Shown here: positions 54,984 through 63,459 of the stretch, one piece after another
Position numbering within the stretch: position 1 is the stretch's first letter
Layout: each line of letters begins with the position of its first letter
NCBI GenBank assembly: GCA_005776585.1
Contig: SXOX01000276.1
Location: forward strand, 142 to 64,141
DNA length: 64,000 bases
Direction: 5' to 3'
Origin: Pseudomonadota bacterium
Lineage (GTDB): Bacteria > Myxococcota_A > UBA9042 > GCA-2863065
Translations under genes and position numbers: made by a program
The notes under the pieces: generated by a model
What the model saw: only the letters and a program-made list of their open reading frames with translations
Database searches by the model: none
What the model was told of the DNA's origin: nothing

Positions 54984-55250
54984 GGGGTTCCTTTCGGCGG
55001 CGTATCGCATGGCCGCCAACGGCCCGCAAGGTCGGCTTGGGCCAAGCCCGCCGCAGAGCTGCAACCGCGTGACTGCGCCGCGGTGGACGCGGGGCGCGTC
55101 TTGAGGTAGGGTCAGGGTCCTGTGGCTTTCGCGGCGGACGAGCGTCGCGACCCGGAGCTTCAGAAACAGCAACGCTCGCGCACGACGCGACCGTTGCGCA
55201 CCCCTCGACCTCGGGACCCGCCCATCGCGCAGCCCCAGAAGGAACGACGC

Positions 55251-55730
55251 ATGCCCCCCACCACCCGAGCCACGAAGTTCAACGCCGGTCAAGAGATCGA
55301 CGCCCAGTGCCCCAAGTGCGAGCTCCTGCTCGCGCACACGGTCCTTGCGGCGGTCAACGGCGTCCCTGCGCGCATCATGTGCAACACCTGCAAGCGCGAG
55401 GGCAAGTGGCGCGCCTCGATGTCGCCGGGGACCAAGGTCGCTGGCGCGGCCCCGAAGCGGACGACGACCGACGCCGACGGCACGGTGCGGGTTACCTCGA
55501 AGCGCTCGCCGCCGGAGGATCCGGCTGTGGGCTGGGCCAACCAGATGCGGCTTGCCGCGAACACCGGGCGCGCGACCAAGTCCTATGACATGAAGGGCGC
55601 CTTCGAGATCGGCGAGGTCATCGCCCATGCGCGCTTTGGCGACGGCGTCGTGCGTGACGCGCCTGCGGCCGACCGCATCGTCGTCGTGTTCAAGGAAGGC
55701 GCCAAGGTGCTCGCGCACCGGCGCGCCTGA
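55251..55730 (+). CDS. hypothetical zinc-ribbon protein
   Basis: 159 aa from ATG 55251 (GAAGGAA upstream). CPKC...CNTC pairs near the N-terminus. C-terminal FEIGEVIAHARFGDGVV...IVVVFKEG is an SH3-like segment. Confidence 0.6.
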   Translation: MPPTTRATKFNAGQEIDAQCPKCELLLAHTVLAAVNGVPARIMCNTCKREGKWRASMSPGTKVAGAAPKRTTTDADGTVRVTSKRSPPEDPAVGWANQMRLAANTGRATKSYDMKGAFEIGEVIAHARFGDGVVRDAPAADRIVVVFKEGAKVLAHRRA

Positions 55731-57392
55731 TCAGCCCAAAAGCTCTGTAAACACCGCGGTTTGGAGCGCGTCGAGGGCGACGTCGGCGTCGGCGACCGTC
55801 TGCGCACCCGCATAGGGAAGCACCGTCTGCAGGTAGGCCTTGAGCTTGGGCTCCGTTCCGCTCGGCCGCAGGATGACGCGAGCGCCGTCGTCTAGCGTGA
55901 GGGTCAAGCAGTCGGTGCCGGGAAGCCAATCGCGAACGCGCGCCACGGCTCGCCCCCCAATCGCCAGCGGAGGCGAGGCCCGGAGCGCGGCCATGCGCGC
56001 GGCGTGACGAGCGATACCGCCGGGCGCCGCGTCGACCAGGCTCTTTTGACGCGAGGCGACGTAGCCATGACGACGCCAGAGGGCCTCGAGCCGCGTCCAG
56101 AGCGGGATGCCGTGGCTCAAGAGCCGCGCGACGAGCAGGGCGGCGCCGATACCGTCCTTGTCGCGCACCGCCGGACCGACCGCGTAGCCTAGGGCCTCCT
56201 CGTAGGCGAAGACGAAGTCGTGCGTCGCGTCGAGCTCCAGGGCGCGGTTCCAGAGCCACTTGAAGCCGGTGAGCGTCTCCTGGCAGGTCGCGCCGTGGCT
56301 CTCCGCGATGCGCGCAAGCAGGTCCGACGAGACGATGGTCTTGGCGACGTACGCCGGACGCGCGGTTGCCGGGCGTTGCGCCAGCAGGGCCTCGCCCAGC
56401 AGCGCGCCGAGCTCGTCTCCGGACAGCCGACGGAAGCGCCCATCGTCGCGGCGGACGGACACGGCCAGGCGATCGGCGTCGGGATCGTTGGCTAGCGCGA
56501 CGTCGAGCCCGTGCTCACCTGCGAGGGCCTCGACGCGGTCCATCGCGCCGATCTCCTCGGGGTTGGGGAAGGTGACCGTCGGGAAGGCGCCGTCTGGAGC
56601 GCGTTGCTCGGGCACGGTGAGGACCGCCGCGCCGTCGTGCGTCAAGGCCGCCTCACAGAGGTGCGCTCCGACGCCGTGGAGCGGCGTGTAGGCGACGCGC
56701 ACGGGCGTGGAGCCCTTCGGCAGGTGCGCCAACTGCCCGGCGATGGCCGCGAGATAGGCGGTGTGTACGACGTCGGCGTCGAGCCAGACGACGGCGCCGC
56801 CCTCGGCGATGGCCGGTTCCTGAGCGCGGATCGCGGCCGCAATGCCGCGATCGTGGGGCGGGATGATCTGCGCCCCATTCGCCCAGTAGACCTTGTAGCC
56901 GTTGTAGGCCGGCGGGTTGTGGCTGGCGGTGACCACGATCCCGGCCGCGGCGTCGAGGTGCCGCGTCAAAAACGCCACGAGGGGCGTCGGCGAGAGCGGC
57001 GGACAGCGATGGACGCGAAAGCCTGCCGCGACGAGCACGGCGGTGGCCTCGTCGGTGAACGCTTCGGAGCCATTGCGGGCGTCGTGTCCGATGACCACGC
57101 CACGCGTGCGCGCCTCCGGGATCATTCGGGCGACGTAGCTGGCCAGACCCGCGGTGGCCTTGCGCACGAGCAGCCGGTTCATGCGGCCGGGTCCGGGTCC
57201 CAGCGTGCCGCGCAGGCCGGCGGTTCCGAACTCGAGCCAGCCGTCGAACCCCTCATGGAGCGCGGCCAGAATCGCGGCATCGTTGGACGTCGCGCCGTCG
57301 GCGAGGCGCAGCGCCTCCGCTCGCGTGACGGGGTCCGGGTCTTCGGCGGCCCAGGCGCGGGCGCGGGCGCTCAGTGTCACGAGATCGTCCAC
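55731..57392 (-). CDS. alpha-D-phosphohexomutase (phosphoglucomutase/phosphomannomutase family)
   Basis: 553 aa from GTG 57392 (GGAGG 8 nt upstream). Active-site motif TASHNPPAYNGYK, plus GTAGLRG and NDPDADR. The longer track ORF would run through the tRNA-Val gene. Confidence 0.9.
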   Translation of the reverse strand: MDDLVTLSARARAWAAEDPDPVTRAEALRLADGATSNDAAILAALHEGFDGWLEFGTAGLRGTLGPGPGRMNRLLVRKATAGLASYVARMIPEARTRGVVIGHDARNGSEAFTDEATAVLVAAGFRVHRCPPLSPTPLVAFLTRHLDAAAGIVVTASHNPPAYNGYKVYWANGAQIIPPHDRGIAAAIRAQEPAIAEGGAVVWLDADVVHTAYLAAIAGQLAHLPKGSTPVRVAYTPLHGVGAHLCEAALTHDGAAVLTVPEQRAPDGAFPTVTFPNPEEIGAMDRVEALAGEHGLDVALANDPDADRLAVSVRRDDGRFRRLSGDELGALLGEALLAQRPATARPAYVAKTIVSSDLLARIAESHGATCQETLTGFKWLWNRALELDATHDFVFAYEEALGYAVGPAVRDKDGIGAALLVARLLSHGIPLWTRLEALWRRHGYVASRQKSLVDAAPGGIARHAARMAALRASPPLAIGGRAVARVRDWLPGTDCLTLTLDDGARVILRPSGTEPKLKAYLQTVLPYAGAQTVADADVALDALQTAVFTELLG

Positions 57393-57472
57393 GGAGACCT
57401 CCGAACGAGTCGGCGTGCTTCGATGGGTTGTCGGGGGTCGACCCCGCTCGGCGCGGGGTCTCTCATTCCGGA

Positions 57473-57547
57473 TGGTGGGCGTTGCAGGATTTGAACCTGC
57501 GACATCTGCCGTGTGAAGACAGCGCTCTCCCCCTGAGCTAAACGCCC
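57473..57547 (-). tRNA. tRNA-Val (anticodon CAC), CCA encoded
   Basis: Hand-folded from the reverse strand: GGGCGTT-TA-GCTC-AGGGGGA-GAGC-G-CTGTC-TTCACAC-GGCAG-ATGTC-GCAGG-TTCAAAT-CCTGC-AACGCCC-A-CCA. Confidence 0.9.
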
Positions 57548-57561
57548 ATCGGGTGCGCGCG

Positions 57562-57590
57562 AGACTAGGAGGCTCGCCGCCGTGTGTCAA
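57562..57590 (-). promoter_or_regulatory. sigma-70-type promoter TTGACA-N17-TAGTCT for tRNA-Val
   Basis: Reverse strand: -35 at 57590-57585 and -10 at 57567-57562, about 15 nt upstream of the tRNA 5' end. Confidence 0.55.
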
Positions 57591-57646
57591 GCGGACGAGG
57601 GAGCCCCATGACACACCGCTCCAGCTAGGCTACGCTCCTCTCGAGG

Positions 57647-58555
57647 ATGATCCCGAACGACCCCCCGCTGCTCACCTCTCAGGTTCCCGGTCTGGAGCCG
57701 GTCTATTGTGGCAAGGTCCGGGACGTCTACGACGTGGGCTCGGGTCGCCTGTTGCTCGTCGCGACCGACCGCCTCTCCGCCTTCGATTACGTCTTGCCCA
57801 CGGGGATCCCCGGGAAGGGGCGCGTGCTGACGGCGCTGTCGAACTTCTGGTTCGCGCGGCTCCTGCCGCAGCTCGGCGTGGTGAGCCAGGCCTCGGGGCA
57901 GAGCGTCTCCGACGTGGTCAGCGACCGAATCGCTCTCACCGCGCTCGAAGGCCGCTCGGTTGTCGCGCGCGCGGCCACGCCGCTGCGGCTCGAGGCCGTC
58001 GTCCGTGGCTACGTCACCGGCAGCGGCTACCTCGAGTACCGTCGGACCGGCGCGATCTCGGGCGTGTCGCTCCCACCGGGCCTGGTGGACGGCGCCCGCC
58101 TCGGCGAGCCGATCTTCACGCCGACGACCAAGGCGCCCAAGGGCCAGCATGACGCTCCAATGACCTTCGACGAGGTCGTCGCGCTCATCGGCCGCCCGCT
58201 GGCGACCCAGGTCCGCGAGGTGAGCCTCGCGCTCTACTCGGCCGCGAGCCGTCACGCCGAAGCGCGCGGCATCCTGATCGCGGACACCAAGCTCGAGTTC
58301 GGCCTCATCGACGGAGAGCTCGCGCTCATCGACGAGCTCCTCACGCCCGACTCGTCGCGGTTCTGGCCCAAGGATCGCTGGACTCCGGGTCAGCCGCAGC
58401 AGAGCTTCGACAAGCAGATCGTCCGCGATTGGCTCCTCGCGTCGTGCTGGGATCGGAGCACGCCGCCGTCAGAGCTGCCACCCGACATCGTCCGACGCAC
58501 CGCGCTCAAGTATCGCGAGGTGCTCGATCGCTTGACCGGACCCGCGCGGGCGTGA
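57647..58555 (+). CDS. purC: phosphoribosylaminoimidazole-succinocarboxamide (SAICAR) synthase
   Basis: 302 aa. GKVRDVY, ATDRLSAFD, IADTKLEFG, LTPDSSRFW. Confidence 0.95.
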   Translation: MIPNDPPLLTSQVPGLEPVYCGKVRDVYDVGSGRLLLVATDRLSAFDYVLPTGIPGKGRVLTALSNFWFARLLPQLGVVSQASGQSVSDVVSDRIALTALEGRSVVARAATPLRLEAVVRGYVTGSGYLEYRRTGAISGVSLPPGLVDGARLGEPIFTPTTKAPKGQHDAPMTFDEVVALIGRPLATQVREVSLALYSAASRHAEARGILIADTKLEFGLIDGELALIDELLTPDSSRFWPKDRWTPGQPQQSFDKQIVRDWLLASCWDRSTPPSELPPDIVRRTALKYREVLDRLTGPARA

Positions 58556-59511
58556 CGCTCACGCTGGAAGCGGCCGTGGCTCTGCTGCGCCGGGGTGAGG
58601 TCGTCGCCTTTCCGACCGAGACCGTCTACGGACTGGGCGCCGACGCGCGCCGTTCGGACGCCGTAGCGCGAATCTATGCGCTCAAGGGCCGGCCAGCCGA
58701 CCACCCGCTCATCGTCCATGTCGCGCTGCGCGAGGCCCTTGCGGACGTCGCCACGGAGGTCAACGAGGCAGCCCATCGGCTCGGCTCGGCCTTCTGGCCG
58801 GGTCCGCTCACGCTGGTCGTCGCGCGCGGAGGTGATCTTTGTGCCGAGGTCACAGGCGGTCGTTCCACCGTCGCCGTCCGGGTCCCCGATCACCCGCTCG
58901 CACTCGCGCTGCTCGGCGCTTTCGGCGGGCCCGTCGCGGCGCCCTCGGCCAATCGCTTCGGCGCCGTCAGTCCCACCGCGGCCGAGCACGTGCGGGCTGA
59001 CTTCGGTGACGCCGTGGCCGTGCTCGATGGCGGGCCGTGCGTCGTAGGTCTGGAGTCGACAATCGTCGACTGCTCGGGGCCCAGCCCTGCGATCTTGCGG
59101 CCCGGCGGCGTCACGCGCGAGGCCATCGAGGCGTGTCTCGGCCACGCCGTCCCCGTGCTGCTCACGAGCGCCGTACGCGTCTCAGGCCAGCTCGAGAGCC
59201 ACTACGCTCCGCATGCGGAGGTGCATGTCGCCCGTGGTGACGCGGCCGACGCCCTGGCGCGCACGCTCGCGGCCCATCGGCGCGTCGCGGTGCTCGCACC
59301 CGTCCTGAGCGACGCGGCCCGCGGCGACGGCGTCCTGCACGTGTTCCTGGGATCGACCGCGGAGGCGCAGGCGCGCGAACTCTACTCCGCTCTGAGACGA
59401 GCCGATGCGCTGGGAGTCGACGCGATCGTGGTCGCTTCGGCGGGATCCGTGGAGGGTCTTGGACTCGCCCTCGCCGATCGGCTCAGCAAGGCTAGCGCGC
59501 CCCGTTCCTAG
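58552..59511 (+). CDS. tsaC: L-threonylcarbamoyladenylate synthase, long form (YrdC plus Sua5 domains)
   Basis: 319 aa from GTG 58552 (GTGA overlap with the purC stop). FPTETVYGLGADA, KGRPADHPLIVH, SANRFG, STIVD. Confidence 0.9.
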   Translation: MTLTLEAAVALLRRGEVVAFPTETVYGLGADARRSDAVARIYALKGRPADHPLIVHVALREALADVATEVNEAAHRLGSAFWPGPLTLVVARGGDLCAEVTGGRSTVAVRVPDHPLALALLGAFGGPVAAPSANRFGAVSPTAAEHVRADFGDAVAVLDGGPCVVGLESTIVDCSGPSPAILRPGGVTREAIEACLGHAVPVLLTSAVRVSGQLESHYAPHAEVHVARGDAADALARTLAAHRRVAVLAPVLSDAARGDGVLHVFLGSTAEAQARELYSALRRADALGVDAIVVASAGSVEGLGLALADRLSKASAPRS

Positions 59512-60179
59512 GCGGCGGTCGTCGACGCGCGCTGCCCACGCCAGGCGCGGTAGGCGGCAATGATGCCCGGCAGGATGGACAGGAACACGACGACGATGAT
59601 GACCTTCTCGATGTGCTTGACGAGTCCCGGGAACTGCGTGCCCAGGAAGTACCCGATGAACGACATCGACGTAATCCACGCCACGCCGCCCACGATGTTG
59701 TACGTCGCAAAGCGCTTGTAGCCCATCTCCGCGATACCCGCGACCACCGGAGCGAAGGTGCGCGCCAACGGCATGAAGCGCGCGATCACGATGGTCTTGC
59801 CGCCGTGCTTCTCGTAGAACTCCTTGGTCGCGATCAGGTGCTTGCGCTTGAACCACCAGGAGTCAGGCCGGTCGTAGAGCGCGTGGCCCATCTTCTTGCC
59901 GAACCAGTAGCCGACCGCGTCACCGACGATGGCGCACGGGATGAGCACCGCGTTGAGGAGCAGGATGTTCAGGCTGGCGCTCGGACCAGCCGCAAACAGC
60001 CCGGCCGTGACGAGCAACGAGTCTCCCGGCAGGAAGAAGCCGGCAAGGAGCCCCGTCTCCGCGAAGATGATGATGGCGAGCCCCGGGAGCCCGACCTTCA
60101 TCACGAGGTCTTTGAGGTCGACGACCCCGTCGGTGTTGAGGTCGGTGAACCCGAACAGCTTGTAGATCTTCTCCATCAT
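59508..60179 (-). CDS. dedA: DedA family membrane protein
   Basis: 223 aa. FAETGLLAGFFLPGDSLLVTAG, IARFMPLARTFAPVVAG. Confidence 0.9.
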   Translation of the reverse strand: MMEKIYKLFGFTDLNTDGVVDLKDLVMKVGLPGLAIIIFAETGLLAGFFLPGDSLLVTAGLFAAGPSASLNILLLNAVLIPCAIVGDAVGYWFGKKMGHALYDRPDSWWFKRKHLIATKEFYEKHGGKTIVIARFMPLARTFAPVVAGIAEMGYKRFATYNIVGGVAWITSMSFIGYFLGTQFPGLVKHIEKVIIVVVFLSILPGIIAAYRAWRGQRASTTAA

Positions 60180-60216
60180 GAGGACGGACTCCGCTCCGCT
60201 CGAAGGTTTGAGGAAA

Positions 60217-62973
60217 CTAGGGTGCCTGCCGCGTAATGGCCGTTCGGCGTACGATCTTTGGCCCGGGTGTCGCGGCCTTGGGCTTGGCGGGCGCTTTGGG
60301 CGGCGCTTTGGGGGCTGCCTTGGGCTTGGCCGTGGCGCTCGCGGTCGTCTTGGGCGCCGTCTTGGGCGCCGCCTTCACGCCGCGTGCTGCGGGACGACCG
60401 CGCCGGACCTTCGTCGACGGACCCGCCTCGGCCTTCTTCTCGATGAGCGCCACGGCGTCCTCGAGCGTCAGCGTCTCGGGCGTCGTGCCCTTGGGCAGCG
60501 TCGCGTTGATGCCATCGCAGGTGACATAGGCCCCAAACCGTCCGGCCATCACCACGAGCGGCTTCTCTCGCGTGGGGTGCGCGCCGAGCTCCTTGATGGG
60601 GGCCGGCCCCGAGGCCCGCCGCGCCGTGCGCTTGTCCGCCGAGAGCAGCTCCATCGCGCGCGCAAAGCTCACGCTCAGCACGTCGTCATCCTTGGTCAGC
60701 GAGCGAAACTCCGAGCCGTGCTGCACATAGGGCCCGAAGCGGCCGATGCCGGCCTTGACGGGCTCCCCGCTGTCCGGGTGTTTCCCGAGGAGCTTCGGCA
60801 GCGCCAGCAGTCCGAGCGCGATCTCCGCGGTGACCTGCTCGGGCTTCATGCCGCGCGGCAGCGACGAGCGCTTGGGCTTCTCCGCCGTCTTGTCCGCGGG
60901 ATCCTCGCCAAGCTGCACGTAGGCGCCGAAGCGGCCGTCCTTGACGTAGACCGGCAGCTTGGTCACGGGGTCGACCGTGAGCGCCGTGGGACCTTCGACC
61001 TTGCGCTGGAGCAGCTCTTTGGCCTTCTCCACCGTGAGATCGGCCGGCGGGAGGTCGTCGGGGATGGTCGCGCGCACCGGCGCATCGCCATTGCCGCTCT
61101 CCGCGTGCTCGAGGTAGGGCCCATAGCGTCCGATGCGCACCTTGCACGGCAGATCCTCGAAGCCGCGGAGCGTACACGCGTCCCGCGGGTCGATGCCCTC
61201 GCGCCCGGCCGCCAGCTGCTTGAGCAGGCCCCGTTTGCCGTCCCAGAACTCGCGCAGATACGGCAGCCACGTGACCTTGCCCTGCGCGACCTCGTCGAGC
61301 TGTTGCTCCATCGAGGACGTGAAGCCGACATCGACGAACTGGTCGAACGCGCGCTCCATGAGCTGCGTCACGCCATGCGCGGTGAAGGTCGGGACCAGCG
61401 CGTTGCTGACCTTGCGGGCGTAGTCGCGGGCCAAGATCGTGTCGATGATCGTCGCGTAGGTCGACGGTCGGCCAACGCCCTCCTTCTCGAGCTTCTCGAC
61501 GAGCGAGGCCTCCGTGTAGCGCCCGGGGGGCCGCGTCTCCTTGCCCCGCGCGAGCAGGTCCTTGAGCGCCAGCACGTCGCCCGTCTGCAGATCCGGGAGT
61601 GGATCCTCGCGGTCGTCGAGCGCGGCCTGCGGGTCATCGGACCCCTCGACGTAGGCGCGCAGAAACCCGGGGAACAGGATGCGCTTGCCCGAGGCCCGAA
61701 AGATCGTGCCGTCGCAGTTGACGTTGACCGTCATCAGCTCCTGCTGCGCGTCGGCCATCTGCGTCGCCATCGTGCGCTTCCAGATGAGGTCGTAGAGCGA
61801 CCGCTCGCGCCCCGAGAGGCCGGTTTGCTCCGGCGTCTGCATGGTGTCCCCGGCGGGCCGAATGGCCTCGTGCGCCTCTTGCGCGCCCTTGGACGCGGTC
61901 GTGAACTGCCGCGGCGTCTTGAACAGGAAGTCCGCGCCGTAGAGGGCCGTGACTTTCTTCCGAGCCGCGCCGATGGCCTCGCCCGACAGGTGCACGGAGT
62001 CCGTACGCATATAGGTGATGAAGCCCTGCTCGTAGAGGCGCTGCGCGGTGCGCATCGTGTCGCCCGACGAGAGCCCGAGCTTGCGGTTGGCCTCCTGTTG
62101 GAGCGTAGACGTCGTAAACGGAGGATAGGGCCGCAACGCTCGCGGCTTGCGCTCGACCTCGCCCACGAGCCACTTCTCGCCCTTGAGCCGCGCCACGGCG
62201 GCCTTGGCGGCCTGCTCGTTCAGCAGCACGAGATCGGCGCCCGCCTTGAGCTGGCCGGTCGTCTCGTCGAAGTCCCGACTCGTAGCGACGCGCTTCTGGT
62301 CAATCTTCCACAGCGTGGCCACAAACGGGCTCTTGCCCTTCTCGAGCTTGGCCTCGAGCTCCCAATAGCTGCCCGTCTTGAACGCCCGGCGCTCCCGCTC
62401 GCGCTCGACCAGCAGCCGCACGGCGACCGACTGAACGCGACCCGCCGAGAGCTTGGGCGCGATCTTGACCCACAGGATGGGCGAGACCGCGTAGCCCACG
62501 AGGCGATCGAGGATCCGGCGCGTCTCTTGCGCGCGAACGAGGTTCTCGTCGATGTCGCGCTCGTTCTTGAGCGCGTCCAGGATCGCGGTCTTGGTGATCT
62601 CGTGGAACACCATCCGCCGGACCGGCACCTTGGGCTTGAGCACCTGCGTGAGGTGCCAGCCAATGGACTCACCTTCGCGGTCTTCGTCGGTCGCGATGAC
62701 CAGGGCCGTCGCGTCCTCGAGCGCCTTCTTGAGCTCAGCGACCCGCTTCTTCTTCTCGGCTGGAACGATGTAGAGCGGCTCGAAGTCGTTGTCGACGTTG
62801 ATGCCGTAGTCGCGCGCCCAGCCGATGCCCTTATACTTCTCGGGGATCTCGGCCGCGGAGCCGGGGAGATCGCGGACGTGTCCCATGCACGCCTCGACGC
62901 GGTAGCCCTCGGGTAGAAAGCGTCCGATGGTCTTGGCCTTCGTTGGCGACTCGACGATGACGAGCGTCGACAT
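60217..62973 (-). CDS. topA: DNA topoisomerase I with a Lys/Ala/Pro-rich C-terminal tail
   Basis: 918 aa. MSTLVIVESPTKAKTI (Toprim), ATDEDREGE, ITYMRTDS (catalytic Tyr). Tail: PKTAPKTTASATAKPKAAPKAPPKAPAKPKAA. Confidence 0.95.
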   Translation of the reverse strand: MSTLVIVESPTKAKTIGRFLPEGYRVEACMGHVRDLPGSAAEIPEKYKGIGWARDYGINVDNDFEPLYIVPAEKKKRVAELKKALEDATALVIATDEDREGESIGWHLTQVLKPKVPVRRMVFHEITKTAILDALKNERDIDENLVRAQETRRILDRLVGYAVSPILWVKIAPKLSAGRVQSVAVRLLVERERERRAFKTGSYWELEAKLEKGKSPFVATLWKIDQKRVATSRDFDETTGQLKAGADLVLLNEQAAKAAVARLKGEKWLVGEVERKPRALRPYPPFTTSTLQQEANRKLGLSSGDTMRTAQRLYEQGFITYMRTDSVHLSGEAIGAARKKVTALYGADFLFKTPRQFTTASKGAQEAHEAIRPAGDTMQTPEQTGLSGRERSLYDLIWKRTMATQMADAQQELMTVNVNCDGTIFRASGKRILFPGFLRAYVEGSDDPQAALDDREDPLPDLQTGDVLALKDLLARGKETRPPGRYTEASLVEKLEKEGVGRPSTYATIIDTILARDYARKVSNALVPTFTAHGVTQLMERAFDQFVDVGFTSSMEQQLDEVAQGKVTWLPYLREFWDGKRGLLKQLAAGREGIDPRDACTLRGFEDLPCKVRIGRYGPYLEHAESGNGDAPVRATIPDDLPPADLTVEKAKELLQRKVEGPTALTVDPVTKLPVYVKDGRFGAYVQLGEDPADKTAEKPKRSSLPRGMKPEQVTAEIALGLLALPKLLGKHPDSGEPVKAGIGRFGPYVQHGSEFRSLTKDDDVLSVSFARAMELLSADKRTARRASGPAPIKELGAHPTREKPLVVMAGRFGAYVTCDGINATLPKGTTPETLTLEDAVALIEKKAEAGPSTKVRRGRPAARGVKAAPKTAPKTTASATAKPKAAPKAPPKAPAKPKAATPGPKIVRRTAITRQAP

Positions 62974-63071
62974 GGGTCCCCTCTCCGTTGCGGCCTGTTG
63001 GTGTCCAGCCCGTGATGTGGCTGGGCGCGGTGGAGCGTGCCTCGCACGTCGTGCCGCGACCGATCGTAAGG

Positions 63072-63144
63072 CGTCCCCAACGGGATTCGAACCCGTGTTG
63101 CAGGCTTGAAAGGCCCGCGTCCTTGGCCTCTAGACGATGGGGAC
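63072..63144 (-). tRNA. tRNA-Glu (anticodon UUC), CCA not encoded
   Basis: Reverse strand: GTCCCCA-TC-GTCT-AGAGGCCA-AGGAC-G-CGGGC-CTTTCAA-GCCTG-CAAC-ACGGG-TTCGAAT-CCCGT-TGGGGAC-G. Close to the classical bacterial tRNA-Glu. Confidence 0.9.
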
Positions 63145-63222
63145 GTCTGATAAATACACTGTCATTCGATGGACGCGAAGCACGCGCATCGACAGCAGCA
63201 CCGCCCGTTGGCGGCCCGCGAG

Positions 63223-63295
63223 TGAGCCGGGACGGGTTCGAACCGTCGACCACCGGATTAAAAGTCCGAGGCTCTACCGACTGAGCTACCGGCCC
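63223..63295 (-). tRNA. tRNA-Lys (anticodon UUU), CCA not encoded
   Basis: Reverse strand: GGGCCGG-TA-GCTC-AGTCGGTA-GAGC-C-TCGGA-CTTTTAA-TCCGG-TGGTC-GACGG-TTCGAAC-CCGTC-CCGGCTC-A. Confidence 0.9.
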
Positions 63296-63327
63296 AAGCA
63301 GCATCGTCGCCGGTGCCGCGGGCTGGC

Positions 63328-63356
63328 CTAATACGGGCGCGTTCACGAGGTGTCAA
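63328..63356 (-). promoter_or_regulatory. sigma-70-type promoter TTGACA-N17-TATTAG for the tRNA-Lys/tRNA-Glu (possibly topA) transcription unit
   Basis: Reverse strand: -35 at 63356-63351 and -10 at 63333-63328, about 33 nt upstream of the tRNA-Lys 5' end. Confidence 0.6.
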
Positions 63357-63459
63357 GACACGCGTACGGATGCGAGGCTCCGGTGGCGCCGGACCCGGTT
63401 CTTGTTCCGCCGTAATTCTTTCGGTCCGTAAGCTAGGCGCCGATACTTCGCGCGTCGCG

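Noticed and set aside
57434-57459. GC-rich palindrome/hairpin (GGGGTCGACCCC; ACCCCGC-tcggc-GCGGGGT) between tRNA-Val and the phosphohexomutase start, considered as a terminator
   Set aside because: A stem is plausible, but no U-tract follows it on the transcribed (reverse) strand. It could be a tRNA 3'-processing or attenuating structure, which is not supportable from sequence alone.
55731-57614. Full 627-aa extent of the phosphohexomutase ORF
   Set aside because: The first 74 codons run through the tRNA-Val gene (57473-57547) on the same strand. GTG 57392, with a GGAGG site, gives a normal N-terminus. Similar N-terminal over-extensions were trimmed for the ORFs ending at 4917, 5927, 6523, 10593, 12447, 16211, 53607 and 55718.
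60178-62916. 912-aa ORF on the + strand
   Set aside because: It is antisense to topA.
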